55,252 nt of DNA from a virus (IMGVR_UViG_3300033146_005800:1-55252); one strand, 5' to 3'; numbered from the stretch's first letter, positions 1 to 9,766 are shown. The notes: generated from the sequence alone by a model not told the origin. Made by a program: numbers and translations.

Positions 1-400
1 TCGTGATTGGGAATTTTTCACAATAGGTTCTGATAATTATTTATCAGTAGCTAATGATTATAATGGTTCTACCTATAATGTTGATAGTAAGATCTACAAA
101 TGGGATGGCGATAGTTTTGAATTATTTCAAAGTATCCCTACAATTGGAGCTCGTGATTGGGAATTTTTCACAATAGGTTCTGATAATTATTTATCAGTAG
201 CTAATAATTATAACGGTTCTACACGTAATATTAATAGTAAGATCTATAAATGGGATGGTTCTAGTTTTGAATTATTTCAAAGTATACCCACAAATGGAGC
301 TGTTGATTGGAAATTTTTCACAATAGACTCTGATCATTATTTATCAGTAGCTAATCATCATAATGGTTCTACCTATAATGTTGATAGTAAGATCTACAAA
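1..400 (+). repeat. 150-bp intragenic tandem repeat, about 2.7 copies visible
   Basis: Units start at 1, 151 and 301 (tcgtgattgggaatttttcacaatagg / tgttgattggaaatttttcacaataga) and are near-identical. Confidence 0.95.
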
Positions 401-412
401 TTAACTTCTTAA
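2..412 (+). CDS. C-terminal part of an EPTP/EAR (epitempin)-repeat beta-propeller protein, 5' truncated
   Basis: Frame 2 is open to TAA at 410-412 and reads RDWEFFTIGSDNYLSVANDYNGSTYNVDSKIYKWDGDSFELFQSIPTIGA in 50-aa repeats; the S-x-IY-x-W-x4-F-x2-FQ-x-I-x-T-x-GA-x-DWEFF pattern matches EPTP repeats. Absent from the ORF track because there is no start codon in the window. Confidence 0.8.
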   Translation, partial: RDWEFFTIGSDNYLSVANDYNGSTYNVDSKIYKWDGDSFELFQSIPTIGARDWEFFTIGSDNYLSVANNYNGSTRNINSKIYKWDGSSFELFQSIPTNGAVDWKFFTIDSDHYLSVANHHNGSTYNVDSKIYKLTS

Positions 413-458
413 ATCATTCTAAATAAGTTCAAATGTATGTAAATACTAAAATACGTAC

Positions 459-1160
459 ATGAAAAGAACAGTTAAACACAACAATTTAGAGTGCATTTTC
501 GATTCGGATATGCACTCTTACATTGTTGATAATGTATTCCTTGAAAGTGTCACATCATATAAAAAATCATTTTTTCCAGAATTTGATATGCAAAAACAGG
601 CTGAAATATATGCTAGAAAAAATGCTGTTTCTGCGAAATCCGTACTAAAAAATTGGAAACACAAAGGACTAGTTGGAAGAACAAAGGGACAAACTCTTCA
701 TACCTATGCTGAAAAATTGTTACAAAAAGTCCCCTTCGATTATACAACCTATGGTGAATATATTCCAGTTCTGAAAAAACTAACATTTCAACTACTAAAT
801 AAATTTGAAGTTTTTGGGATTGAGTACATTGTTTTTTCATTAAATCTAAAATTAGCAGGAACTTTAGATGCTATTTTAATAGCTGGTAATAGGGTTATGT
901 TACTTGATTGGAAAACGGATAAAGCTATAAAGACATCCAATTCCTGGGACAGAGCCTATCACCCATTTTCTTCTTTAGATGCATGCAATTTTAATGAATA
1001 TGCTGTACAATTAAATTTGTATCAATATATTATAAAAGAAGAAAATTATTTTCCAAAACAAACCATTTTTATGAAAAGAATTGTTCATTTAACAGATAAT
1101 AAAGCCATATGGTATAAAATTCCTGATCTACAACCACAAATAAAAAAGATATTCTCTTAA
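459..1160 (+). CDS. PD-(D/E)XK (Cas4/RecB-like) phage exonuclease
   Basis: N-terminal F-x4-H-x-Y...SVT, G-x2-LH, E-x-IVF...AGTLD...LLDWKT and Y-x2-QLNLY motifs. Confidence 0.85.
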   Translation: MKRTVKHNNLECIFDSDMHSYIVDNVFLESVTSYKKSFFPEFDMQKQAEIYARKNAVSAKSVLKNWKHKGLVGRTKGQTLHTYAEKLLQKVPFDYTTYGEYIPVLKKLTFQLLNKFEVFGIEYIVFSLNLKLAGTLDAILIAGNRVMLLDWKTDKAIKTSNSWDRAYHPFSSLDACNFNEYAVQLNLYQYIIKEENYFPKQTIFMKRIVHLTDNKAIWYKIPDLQPQIKKIFS

Positions 1161-1188
1161 TAAAAAACTAGTAAGGTAATGATATTCT

Positions 1189-2002
1189 ATGGAAAGAAAA
1201 ATAGAAAAATTGGGATATTGTCTTCATTGCGAAAAAAAAAATAAAAAAGAATTCAAAATATTGTAAAGATCCTATTTGTCAAGAAGTAAAAAAACAAAAA
1301 CAAAAAATTGCTGCAAAAAAAAATAAAAAAAGAAAAATAAGATTGTGTCGTACATGTGGCAAGGACTGTACTGATTTATGGCCAAAGGTTACTTGTAATG
1401 AACAGACATGTATAGATAAATGGGAAGAACAGAAGAAGATTAACAGGGCTAAACGTTACCATACATATAGTAGAAATAAACGTTCCATACGTTTTTGTGA
1501 AGTATGTAAAAAAAGAATACCAAAACACATAGATGGACGATCCTGGATATGTGGAGAACAGACATGTATAGATAAATGGAAGATAATATGTGCTGAAAGA
1601 GTAAAAGAACGGCGTCAACGAGAAAAAGATGCTATCAAACAGGAACGATATATCAAAAAACGAAAAAAAGAAATAGCAATTAAGAGATTTGAACTTAAAG
1701 AAAAATTAGATAAAATTGCGGTCAAAAAAGTAAAAATCAAAAAGAAAACAAAGAAAACTGATATCAACAAATCGAAGATACTCAAATTTAATAAGACCTT
1801 AGTAAAAGACGAAGAATATTTTGATGATGCTATGTACAGAAAAGAACAAGAAGAATACAATAAGCCAAATGGTAAAATATGTAAAAAATGTAAGAAAGCG
1901 CTTTGGGGAAACTACTATAGATTATGTCCAGAATGTTTCAGAGCGGTTAGTAACAATGCTCCTTCAATCGATATCCACAATGTATTTATTAAAAAACGTT
2001 AA
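1189..2002 (+). CDS. Basic multi-Zn-finger protein interrupted by a +1 frameshift in an A10 run
   Basis: ATG at 1189 (MERKIEKLGYCLHCEKK) stops at 1264-1266. Deleting one A from A10 (1232-1241) joins it to the frame of ORF 1343..2002. Four CxxC...C modules, with CxEQTCIDKW repeated. Confidence 0.6.
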
Positions 2003-2005
2003 CGT

Positions 2006-2048
2006 AAAAACTCCACACATAAAATTTATAAGTATGTGTGGAGTTTTT
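2006..2048. terminator. Bidirectional intrinsic terminator
   Basis: AAAAACTCCACACATA-N11-TATGTGTGGAGTTTTT perfect inverted repeat between convergent genes. Confidence 0.85.
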
Positions 2049-2075
2049 CTTTATTAAATTATTCCATTCCGTAAA

Positions 2076-2807
2076 CTACAATCCGACCATCACCATCGGC
2101 GAAAATTGAAGGTCAATGTTACCTTCTGATTCGGCCTTATCAGCTACACCAATCAGTTGACAAACACCAACATTCGGAGGTGAACTAGTTGCTTTACCAG
2201 ATTCTTTAGTTGAAACCCACACATTGTCACCTGTAGCAACTGTTGCCTCAGAGTCTGCTTTGATATTAGTGTATATGGTTTGAACGCTCTTAACTCTTAC
2301 TGCAGAATCTAAATCCAAGGTTATAACACCAATAGCAGGCATTGTTGCTTCTGCATCTGCTTTTGCAAGAGCAACAGTATCAAGGGTGGTTGTTTTATGT
2401 ACTAATTTACCTACCCTAGAACCTCCTGCACCACTTGCCGCCATAGAATAATTTCTGAAGTCATCTATAGCATTAAATCTTGCCATAGATTCAGCTTTAT
2501 CAGCGACAGATTCACCAATTACAGCTATTGACTTAGCTTCGGAACTATCATTAGCAGCAACACCACCACCAAATGTGTCCCAATTATTTGGCATTGCCTT
2601 TTTATACCACTGTGTACCATCATCTTCCTGATATCTGGTACCAGTTGGTGCCATGTAGATAAGGGTTTCACCGTCTGTGTTACCATTAACTACATTATTG
2701 GGATCAGCATTCCACCCTAGTTGACTTGCATCGGGCATTGTAGTGCCGGACTTGAAGAGAATTACTCTTCTTTCTGTCTCAAATAATAGATCTTCTATTT
2801 GTCCCAT
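2076..2807 (-). CDS. Probable virion surface/decoration protein (C-terminal capsid-cement/DUF2190-like domain)
   Basis: C-terminal LAKAD...PAIGVI...GDNVWVS..SGKATSSPP...QLIGVA pattern resembles capsid fibre/cement domains; N-terminal APTGTRY...G-x2-WYKK motif resembles phage fibre proteins. Confidence 0.5.
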   Translation of the reverse strand: MGQIEDLLFETERRVILFKSGTTMPDASQLGWNADPNNVVNGNTDGETLIYMAPTGTRYQEDDGTQWYKKAMPNNWDTFGGGVAANDSSEAKSIAVIGESVADKAESMARFNAIDDFRNYSMAASGAGGSRVGKLVHKTTTLDTVALAKADAEATMPAIGVITLDLDSAVRVKSVQTIYTNIKADSEATVATGDNVWVSTKESGKATSSPPNVGVCQLIGVADKAESEGNIDLQFSPMVMVGL

Positions 2808-2808
2808 A

Positions 2809-4482
2809 TTAGACGGCCTCCTCTATTGTAATTGTTGATTCCTGACTTGAAGCCGCAACAGCAGAAGTATCCAATATCCTAATGGTTGTTGGATTTGTAT
2901 CCGTAGCAACCACACACCAATTGTCTACAATAGGAGGTGTACTATTCAACGCTGCTCTTATTGTTAACGAAGGTTTAAAGGACCATGACAATGTTGTTTT
3001 AGAATAAGTATCCACTGCAACATTCATGTTAGCTTCTGCTATAAATGCTGCTAAAGCAATGGATCGAGAAACAAAGCCACCGAGTGTATAAGAAGCTCCA
3101 GAGTTAATAACTGTTTGCTCCATGTTACTCAAATTCATTGCTGAAAGACTGCTAAAAGAAAAGGAACCTTTAGTATCGTCATCATCAATTTGAATATTTC
3201 TAGTCCAAGTGGATGGTCCACCGGTAAAAGAGTTGGTGAGAGTTCCTCCACCAGCATTTAAAGTTGGTGCCGAAATTAATCTTTGATTGGAATTCAAAGT
3301 TACTGTGTAATTTTGGGCACTGGTTCCATCGTTTCCACCACTTCTTAGTCTGCTATAAGGGAGGGAAAGATTAATTACAGGCAATACATTGGCTATAAAC
3401 ACAACGGTGGAAACTGCTGTAACCGCGTTGTTTGGAGTTCGAGTTGCTGTTATAGTAAAATTGTTAGCACTAATATTGTAATTTCCACCATTTCTAGTAA
3501 CCGTTTTAGACGGTTCGTAGGCTGTGGAATTACTAATTAGTAGGTCACCATTTCCAGAAGTGTATGAAATAGTGCTTTGATTAGACACCGTATTGGCTAC
3601 TGTTGCCGTTTCTGAATCTTTCAATGCTGACTGAGTCACAGGATAGGTTATTGTTCCAATATTTACACTTGGAAACAAATTATTCAATTTGACCGTGTGT
3701 GTTCCATCGGTAGATCCCGCACTAGTTGTCAAAAACCAAGCACTCCAGGAACCCGTAGACTTTTGTACCCTAACCCTGGCACCAAGATTTTGAACACTAG
3801 TTCCCCGATTTGCTATCGTTCCTGTGATTGTATGATTAAGTCCAGATGCAACTCCAAATGTATCAGCTTGGAATGCTCCAAAATTATCAACTTCAATCGT
3901 TACAATTGCAATATCTGAAACCACATTTAAGTCAAAATAATCGTTGACTTTCAATTCCGTCTGTGTTCCTGGATATCCACCAGTAAAAACTGCTGTTTGT
4001 ACTACAGGAGGTGTATCCGCCGTAATTTGACAGGTATGTGATGCTCCATCTTCATGTATTACAGTTATTGAAGTGGCACCAGCCAAATCAATGTTTAAAG
4101 TTCCTCTAAACAGAGGTTCATCAGATTGTGCTGTCAAGGGAACTTGTACACTATCTATTTCTACATAAGGTTTAAAATTGGTATCTCCGGGTAATGCTAG
4201 AACACTCACGGTCAGCAGATTCGTATCAGTGACACACGAGTCCAGAACATCACCGTCGGATGATGTTACTTTACTTCCAACATTTCCAGATGATTGTGGT
4301 TCAAGATCAGTTATAAAAACTGAACCATTTACCCCTTCCGAACTTGCCAATCGGGCCAATGAAGATGCTCTTTCAGCAATACTTGAAGCCTCCGATGCGT
4401 AATCCATACCTGGAGTAGTATCACCAGTTTGAAGTACTTTTAGATCACCTTCGTATAAGACTATTGGTTTCTTTGATGCCAT
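2809..4482 (-). CDS. Probable virion structural protein, S/T/N/G-rich with beta-sandwich repeats
   Basis: 557 aa with beta-strand-like T/S/V composition; N-terminal KKPIVL...L-x2-GD motif; 1 bp from the downstream decoration-like gene. Confidence 0.5.
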   Translation of the reverse strand: MASKKPIVLYEGDLKVLQTGDTTPGMDYASEASSIAERASSLARLASSEGVNGSVFITDLEPQSSGNVGSKVTSSDGDVLDSCVTDTNLLTVSVLALPGDTNFKPYVEIDSVQVPLTAQSDEPLFRGTLNIDLAGATSITVIHEDGASHTCQITADTPPVVQTAVFTGGYPGTQTELKVNDYFDLNVVSDIAIVTIEVDNFGAFQADTFGVASGLNHTITGTIANRGTSVQNLGARVRVQKSTGSWSAWFLTTSAGSTDGTHTVKLNNLFPSVNIGTITYPVTQSALKDSETATVANTVSNQSTISYTSGNGDLLISNSTAYEPSKTVTRNGGNYNISANNFTITATRTPNNAVTAVSTVVFIANVLPVINLSLPYSRLRSGGNDGTSAQNYTVTLNSNQRLISAPTLNAGGGTLTNSFTGGPSTWTRNIQIDDDDTKGSFSFSSLSAMNLSNMEQTVINSGASYTLGGFVSRSIALAAFIAEANMNVAVDTYSKTTLSWSFKPSLTIRAALNSTPPIVDNWCVVATDTNPTTIRILDTSAVAASSQESTITIEEAV

Positions 4483-4592
4483 ATTGATTTCCTCTTCAAT
4501 ATATAGGTTTTGACCATCTTAATACAATGTTTTACCAAAGTGGTCTAGTACGCATACTAATAATTAAAAATTTTAAATTTCAACAAATTCAC

Positions 4593-4634
4593 AAAAATGC
4601 CCTTCAATTTTCATAATTGAAGGGCATTTTTTTT
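4593..4634. terminator. Intrinsic terminator downstream of the LamG gene
   Basis: AAAAATGCCCTTCAATT-TTCAT-AATTGAAGGGCATTTTT hairpin with A/T tails on both sides. Confidence 0.85.
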
Positions 4635-4656
4635 ATAATTGTAAATAAAGAACTAA

Positions 4657-5688
4657 CTACTTAATCTTAATGTAATCGTAATCCTTATTTCGCATCACAA
4701 CAACATTAGTACTATCTATAAGATTTCCATCACTGGAATACAAATTTACAGAGTGTACCAAATCATTTTTAGCATGCATATAACTCAGAAATGTAAATCG
4801 TCCTTCTGGTAGATCCTCAAATAATTCACCATTAATGCTAATAAAAGAATTCTTGGGTGCATAACCATAAATCTCAACGGCCGCATATTTTTTGGTCTTA
4901 ACTCCCTTATTTTTTATAACATTGGGAAATACCTTAATAAAACCCTCTACGGCACATGCAATTACAGGAGTATCTGCAACCCAAACACCAATCTCATCGA
5001 TATTCTTTATCTCTTGTGCACTGAGCCGTTTGTTGTAAATCCTAAGTTCGTCAATTTTACCTTCAAACATATAAGCCAGATCAGTAGTAACTCCACCAAT
5101 TATTAGAGGTTCATTATTAGCACATGGCACATCACCTCTGTAAATTGAATTTCCTAATTTGCCGTTAACATACATCTCTTGAATACCATCACCGTAAGTT
5201 CCAGTGACTCTATACCAGGCTCCCGGTCTCAAGTCATAACCAAAATGCAATAAATGATCCTCATCGGAATCACAAATCTCATATTGGCTATCTAACCAGT
5301 ATCCTGGGTAGTAGAAAAATCCCCAGTTGTACTTTCCGGTAACTTCACTGTTAACTGAACGTTTTGCTATAACACTGTTCCAATACTGTGGTGGAGCATT
5401 ATCAACAAAAATACGAAAAGAAATCGTCCACTCTTCCAAAGCGAAAGGTTCCCCAGACAACTGTAAAAAAGATTGTCCATCAAAGACAACAGCCTGACCA
5501 ACCTCACTACTAGTAAAGGTTAAATTTCCATTTTTAGTAACTGGATTATTGCCAACAACATCTTCCACCGTACCGTCAAATGGAAAATAGGCAATAAGGT
5601 TTCCCGAGGCCACTTGATCCTGAGCAAATACGTTACCAACAAATGTCAAAACTACGAATAATATAATGGATAAACTTTTTATCATCAC
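4657..5688 (-). CDS. Secreted LamG/concanavalin A-like lectin domain protein
   Basis: Signal peptide ending VFA-Q; LIAYFPFDG, FDGQS, W-x2-V-x-GTY...MYVNG and F-x-G-x-IDELRIYN-x2-LS-x2-EI LamG motifs. Confidence 0.85.
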   Translation of the reverse strand: MMIKSLSIILFVVLTFVGNVFAQDQVASGNLIAYFPFDGTVEDVVGNNPVTKNGNLTFTSSEVGQAVVFDGQSFLQLSGEPFALEEWTISFRIFVDNAPPQYWNSVIAKRSVNSEVTGKYNWGFFYYPGYWLDSQYEICDSDEDHLLHFGYDLRPGAWYRVTGTYGDGIQEMYVNGKLGNSIYRGDVPCANNEPLIIGGVTTDLAYMFEGKIDELRIYNKRLSAQEIKNIDEIGVWVADTPVIACAVEGFIKVFPNVIKNKGVKTKKYAAVEIYGYAPKNSFISINGELFEDLPEGRFTFLSYMHAKNDLVHSVNLYSSDGNLIDSTNVVVMRNKDYDYIKIK

Positions 5689-5787
5689 GATTTCTCCTAT
5701 TTAAAATTTTGAATTCGTTCTTTTATACAGTATGTGATGTTATCCATTCTTCATTAGTTTAAAAATCTCCTTTCTATTGTAAGTATT

Positions 5788-6240
5788 TTAATCATCGTCA
5801 GCATATCTATCGGGATCCAAAAGCATACGAATTATCAGTTTTTGGATTTTCCGACTGTGCTCTTCGTAAAAAGTTCCAACTCTTCGGTGCCAATGTTTGT
5901 CTTTATCAAGACCTTTTGAAGCGTAATACTCCTCTCCATCGAATACCCAATTTACTTTAACACCATGTCCCCAATGAATTTCATCATCAGTGTCTTCATC
6001 AGTGATAATTTCTTTAATAAAATTATTGGTGACTATGCCAACTCCCATAATACACATTCTATCCGAACTAGGACCCAATGCTTTCATGTAAATAATGTCA
6101 CCAACTTTGAGAGTTCGAAACTCAGCATAAATTTCTGGTGTATCTGCCCGTTCATGACCAATACAAGCCATCTTGTGTTCAATAAAAGATTTATTTACCC
6201 ACTGATCGTCGTATCTTGCACCAATTCCAAAAATAGCCAT
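5788..6240 (-). CDS. Hypothetical protein with PUA/EVE-like motif
   Basis: Start re-set to ATG 6240 after GAGGAGG; F-x2-LKVGDIIYMK...I-x-GVGIVT...VKVNW resembles EVE-like and restriction-associated N-terminal domains. Confidence 0.5.
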   Translation of the reverse strand: MAIFGIGARYDDQWVNKSFIEHKMACIGHERADTPEIYAEFRTLKVGDIIYMKALGPSSDRMCIMGVGIVTNNFIKEIITDEDTDDEIHWGHGVKVNWVFDGEEYYASKGLDKDKHWHRRVGTFYEEHSRKIQKLIIRMLLDPDRYADDD

Positions 6241-6491
6241 AATCAATTCCTCCTCAATATTTGAAGGTACGTTGAAATGCTTCCATTGCCAGAACTCCTT
6301 TAACCTCCTTTCTGTAAGATTCAATAAATGTACGATGGGTATTTAGTATATTTAGATTAGAACATTAGAGATACAATTTAAAAATTTCAATAGTAGCTAA
6401 AAATGGGATATAAGAGACATAATACATCAAAAGACCAGATTGAAGATAATGCACAAATTATCTTCAATCTGGTCTCAACTATAACAATATA

Positions 6492-7646
6492 TTACCTACG
6501 TTTTTTAGCCTTTCTTGAAATTACAAACCTTTTCTCAACATCTTCCCACAAGTCTATTGTATCCTCACGCAATTTATCTTCATAGTCATTGGCTTCTATG
6601 AACTTAATTGCTGCATTCATTGCAACGTAACTTTTATCAAAAACATCATACTTGGTATCACCTCTGATTTCTTTTCGCCATTGAAGATTGGCTCTGATAT
6701 CATCGATGCCATGATTGAATATAACATATATTGGACATGTTCTAAAAGGATTATCAATAGAAGATTTAACAGTTGTACAAGTAGCCGATACTCCAATAAT
6801 TCTAGGTTCTTTTTTTCCACTTGGAAGAGCTTTGGTAACCTCTACTTTAGCACCCGGCCACATAGAAACCCGAAGTGAAGAGTAAAAAGGAACTGCATTG
6901 CCTCCTGGTGTCGACGTACCATTGGTCCCTTGTCGCAACTGATTGGAACAGGCAATTATATATCCATTATTTTTGATTAGCCTACATGTCTTTCTAAGAC
7001 CCTCTGAGAACTCCTTTGCACGACGCATACCCATTTTATCTGCAGATTCCATTTCTAGATCTGTAGATAAAGCTGCAAGAGAATCAGAAGCTATTGTGTT
7101 TATTGCATTTGGATTTTTAGGTTGCCAACCCCAAAGAGTCTCAAATAACTCTGAAACTGTATCTGGACGGCTATATTCATCAGCACCAATATTCAAACCA
7201 AAAGTTTGGGCATAATTTTTATCCAGACGGGCTTCTGGATCTGCATAAAGAACACTGCCACCTCTAATTTGTGTGCTAGCAGCAATCTCAGAAAGAATAG
7301 CCGTTTTTCCACATCCACTAGGACCAAAAAATTCACAGAGAATACCTGCAGGTATGCCCCCACCTCTAATCCTACTTCCTGAAATAATAAGATCCAATAA
7401 GGTGCTTCCCGTGGATACCATTCTGTCTGTTTCTAAAGGAATCTCGGCATTTATGTCACTAATAGGTTGTTCTTTGGCAGTTTCAATAACATCTGCTACA
7501 ATTGCAGCATCTAACTCTTTTTTCGTAACCTCTACAACCTCCTTTTTAACCTTGGACATAGCAGTATTGTCAACCTTTTCTTTTTTTAGGACTTTGCCTA
7601 AACCATCTTTTAACTTGGTCCTTTTATCCCTCTTCAATGCAGTCAT
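6492..7646 (-). CDS. recA: RecA/UvsX-like recombinase
   Basis: STGS-x2-LD...GG-x-P, Walker A GPSGCGKT, D-x-E-x2-LD, DSLAAL, NQLR and TPGGNA-x2-FYSS-x-R. Confidence 0.95.
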   Translation of the reverse strand: MTALKRDKRTKLKDGLGKVLKKEKVDNTAMSKVKKEVVEVTKKELDAAIVADVIETAKEQPISDINAEIPLETDRMVSTGSTLLDLIISGSRIRGGGIPAGILCEFFGPSGCGKTAILSEIAASTQIRGGSVLYADPEARLDKNYAQTFGLNIGADEYSRPDTVSELFETLWGWQPKNPNAINTIASDSLAALSTDLEMESADKMGMRRAKEFSEGLRKTCRLIKNNGYIIACSNQLRQGTNGTSTPGGNAVPFYSSLRVSMWPGAKVEVTKALPSGKKEPRIIGVSATCTTVKSSIDNPFRTCPIYVIFNHGIDDIRANLQWRKEIRGDTKYDVFDKSYVAMNAAIKFIEANDYEDKLREDTIDLWEDVEKRFVISRKAKKRR

Positions 7647-7657
7647 TCCATTTTCCC

Positions 7658-8518
7658 CTATCTCAAAAATGGTTTGTCTTTAAGTGATTCTATACATTCC
7701 AATTGTGGGTTCTGTGAGTAATGTGCTTGATCCAAAAATTTATTCGTTTGAGTTATTAAATCCCTATACGAAATATCAAAACTAGCACGTCTTAAAATTT
7801 CAAATAACATATATGTACAAGCCCCCCTATATGCATTACTAATGTATGCGTCAGCACTGGTTTGATTATCCTGACAACCACTTATAAGGATAGCCTCTCC
7901 CTGCTCTGTTGTATCGATTAAGAAACCTCTTTTTTGTGTTTGCAAATCTTTAGAATCTGGAAATACAAAAGTTAAATCATCATCTATCTTAACCCTTGGA
8001 TTGGAAAGAATATTGGAAGGTGGTGGTGGTAAAAATCGATTACGAATATTTGTAGACCCTTCTGAATCCGGACCTTCAAATGAAGCCCTTAAACCTGTAC
8101 CGGAATGACAACAATCCAGAATAACGGTAATTTGTACTCCTTGAGGTACTTTTTTAATCATATCTCCCAAATCATTATCACGAAGAGGATTATTCCAATC
8201 TAAATCTACAGAACATAAAATTTCATCTCTTCCATCGGATTCCGAGGTATTTGTCCAGTCATTTACCACCACTTGAGAACCATGTCCACTAAAATGAAAT
8301 AAAAGATTATCACCTTTCTCAGCCCAATTAACTAAGTTACGTAACTGGGTAGTAATATTCTTTTTTGTAGCCTCAGCGTCGGTTAGAACCTTTATTTTAT
8401 CCGCTTTGAATCCAAAATGTTCTGTAACCATTTTGTGCATTAGTAGAACATCATTTACGCATCCTCTAAGAGGAGCTTGTGGATAATCATTAATACCCAC
8501 TAACAATGCTTTTTTCAT
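7658..8518 (-). CDS. Metacaspase/caspase-like cysteine protease (peptidase C14)
   Basis: KKALLVGIN-x-Y...LRGCVND, catalytic HFSGHG and LDCCHSG, SGCQDNQTSADA, Q-x-PQL; start re-set to ATG 8518 after AAGGAGG. Confidence 0.95.
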   Translation of the reverse strand: MKKALLVGINDYPQAPLRGCVNDVLLMHKMVTEHFGFKADKIKVLTDAEATKKNITTQLRNLVNWAEKGDNLLFHFSGHGSQVVVNDWTNTSESDGRDEILCSVDLDWNNPLRDNDLGDMIKKVPQGVQITVILDCCHSGTGLRASFEGPDSEGSTNIRNRFLPPPPSNILSNPRVKIDDDLTFVFPDSKDLQTQKRGFLIDTTEQGEAILISGCQDNQTSADAYISNAYRGACTYMLFEILRRASFDISYRDLITQTNKFLDQAHYSQNPQLECIESLKDKPFLR

Positions 8519-8583
8519 GTTATCCTCCTTTAAAAGATATGGCGACATATTCCTACTGTCGCCATATCAGTTAAAATGTTGTA

Positions 8584-9711
8584 TTACGAATTTTGATCAT
8601 TTGCCTTTGCACAATCTGGCCACAAAGCACAGGGTTCACATGCTTCGAGTTCATCAGTATGCACTCCAAATTCACCTCCACCAGGACATACAGGTTTAGT
8701 GTCAGGTGCTGCCGGAGCTTCAGGAACAATAGGTGGTGGAGTTGGTGGTGGAGTTTCAGCAACGGGAATAGGTGTTTCCGCTGCTACCGGAGGAGCTACC
8801 GGAGGAGCTACCGGAGGAGCTGCTGCGGCAGGTGGAGGTGTAACTTCAGGAGCGGGAGCAGGAGCAGGATCAGGTGCGGTAGGAGGAGGAGTTGGAGCTG
8901 CAGGAGGAGGAGTTGGAGCTGCAGGAGGAGGAGTTGGAGCTGCAGGAGGAGGAGTTGGAGCTGCAGTGTTCTCTGGAGGACTCTGATGATACATCTCATA
9001 CACTTCATCGTAGGTCGGAATATGTAATAGTGTATCCAGAATTTTAGCCTCATCCAGAACCTCATTTGAAATTGGAACATCCCTATCAACAAATTTGTGA
9101 GCAATAAATTGAGTATTCTGAGCCCCTTTGCCCTCACGACTGAAAGAAATCATTTTTCCTTCATCAGGATCCGCAAAAGGAATGTATGTGGTAGAACCAT
9201 GACCGGGTCTTTTAGCCGTTCGAGCTAACTGTGAAAAATGTCTCTCGGTAAACCACCAAGCAACTTCCCAAACTTGAACACCCTTTTCTTCTTCCTTAGA
9301 AGAATCATAACAAATAATATTGTAAACCATCCTTCTTTTGGGGTAAAGATGTTTCCACATTTCTTTATCATCAGGATACTGAGACCTCAACTCTTTACGA
9401 TGCTCACAAATTGCACAGGGTTTGCCATAGTTCTCTAACATACAAACCACTGAACGTTCATCTGGTCCAACTTGCTGATGAGAGTAAATCTCTAATGCAT
9501 AAGTTGGTTCACCAGGCTGCGTTAATGGATCGAAGTCCCCTGCAAGGTATGGAATAACGTCAATAATATGATCATCTTCCGATACTTTCCAAAAAGTTAC
9601 ACCGTCCAAATCAGATTTGAAATAGGATTTGTTCTGTCCCTCCCTCCGATTATAGCTCTGCTTTACACGATTAGCCAATTTCGCTTTCATTTTATCTCTG
9701 ATTGATGACAT
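8584..9711 (-). CDS. gp32-like single-stranded DNA-binding protein with Pro/Ala linker and C-terminal Cys4 module
   Basis: IIDVIPY, H...C...C-x2-C Zn site, DP-x-EG...R-x-GKG-x2-T-x-F; replication-operon context. Confidence 0.75.
   Translation of the reverse strand: MSSIRDKMKAKLANRVKQSYNRREGQNKSYFKSDLDGVTFWKVSEDDHIIDVIPYLAGDFDPLTQPGEPTYALEIYSHQQVGPDERSVVCMLENYGKPCAICEHRKELRSQYPDDKEMWKHLYPKRRMVYNIICYDSSKEEEKGVQVWEVAWWFTERHFSQLARTAKRPGHGSTTYIPFADPDEGKMISFSREGKGAQNTQFIAHKFVDRDVPISNEVLDEAKILDTLLHIPTYDEVYEMYHQSPPENTAAPTPPPAAPTPPPAAPTPPPAAPTPPPTAPDPAPAPAPEVTPPPAAAAPPVAPPVAPPVAAETPIPVAETPPPTPPPIVPEAPAAPDTKPVCPGGGEFGVHTDELEACEPCALWPDCAKANDQNS
8881..8964. repeat. Four perfect 21-bp tandem repeats encoding AAPTPPP
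   Basis: AGGAGGAGGAGTTGGAGCTGC at 8881, 8902, 8923 and 8944; additional 12-bp GCTACCGGAGGA repeats near 8783-8820. Confidence 0.95.
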
Positions 9712-9766
9712 AATTTACTACCTCCTAGATTTTGCAGCTCTTCAAGTTTTTTAACTATTAAAAAAT

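Noticed and set aside
1-400. DGR template/variable repeat pair
   Set aside because: The repeats are in-frame tandem blades, differences are not confined to adenines, and no reverse transcriptase is seen in the window.
8571-9137. Overlapping Gly-, Arg- and Leu/Gln-rich ORFs
   Set aside because: These are alternate-frame and antisense shadows of the Pro/Ala repeat in the SSB gene.
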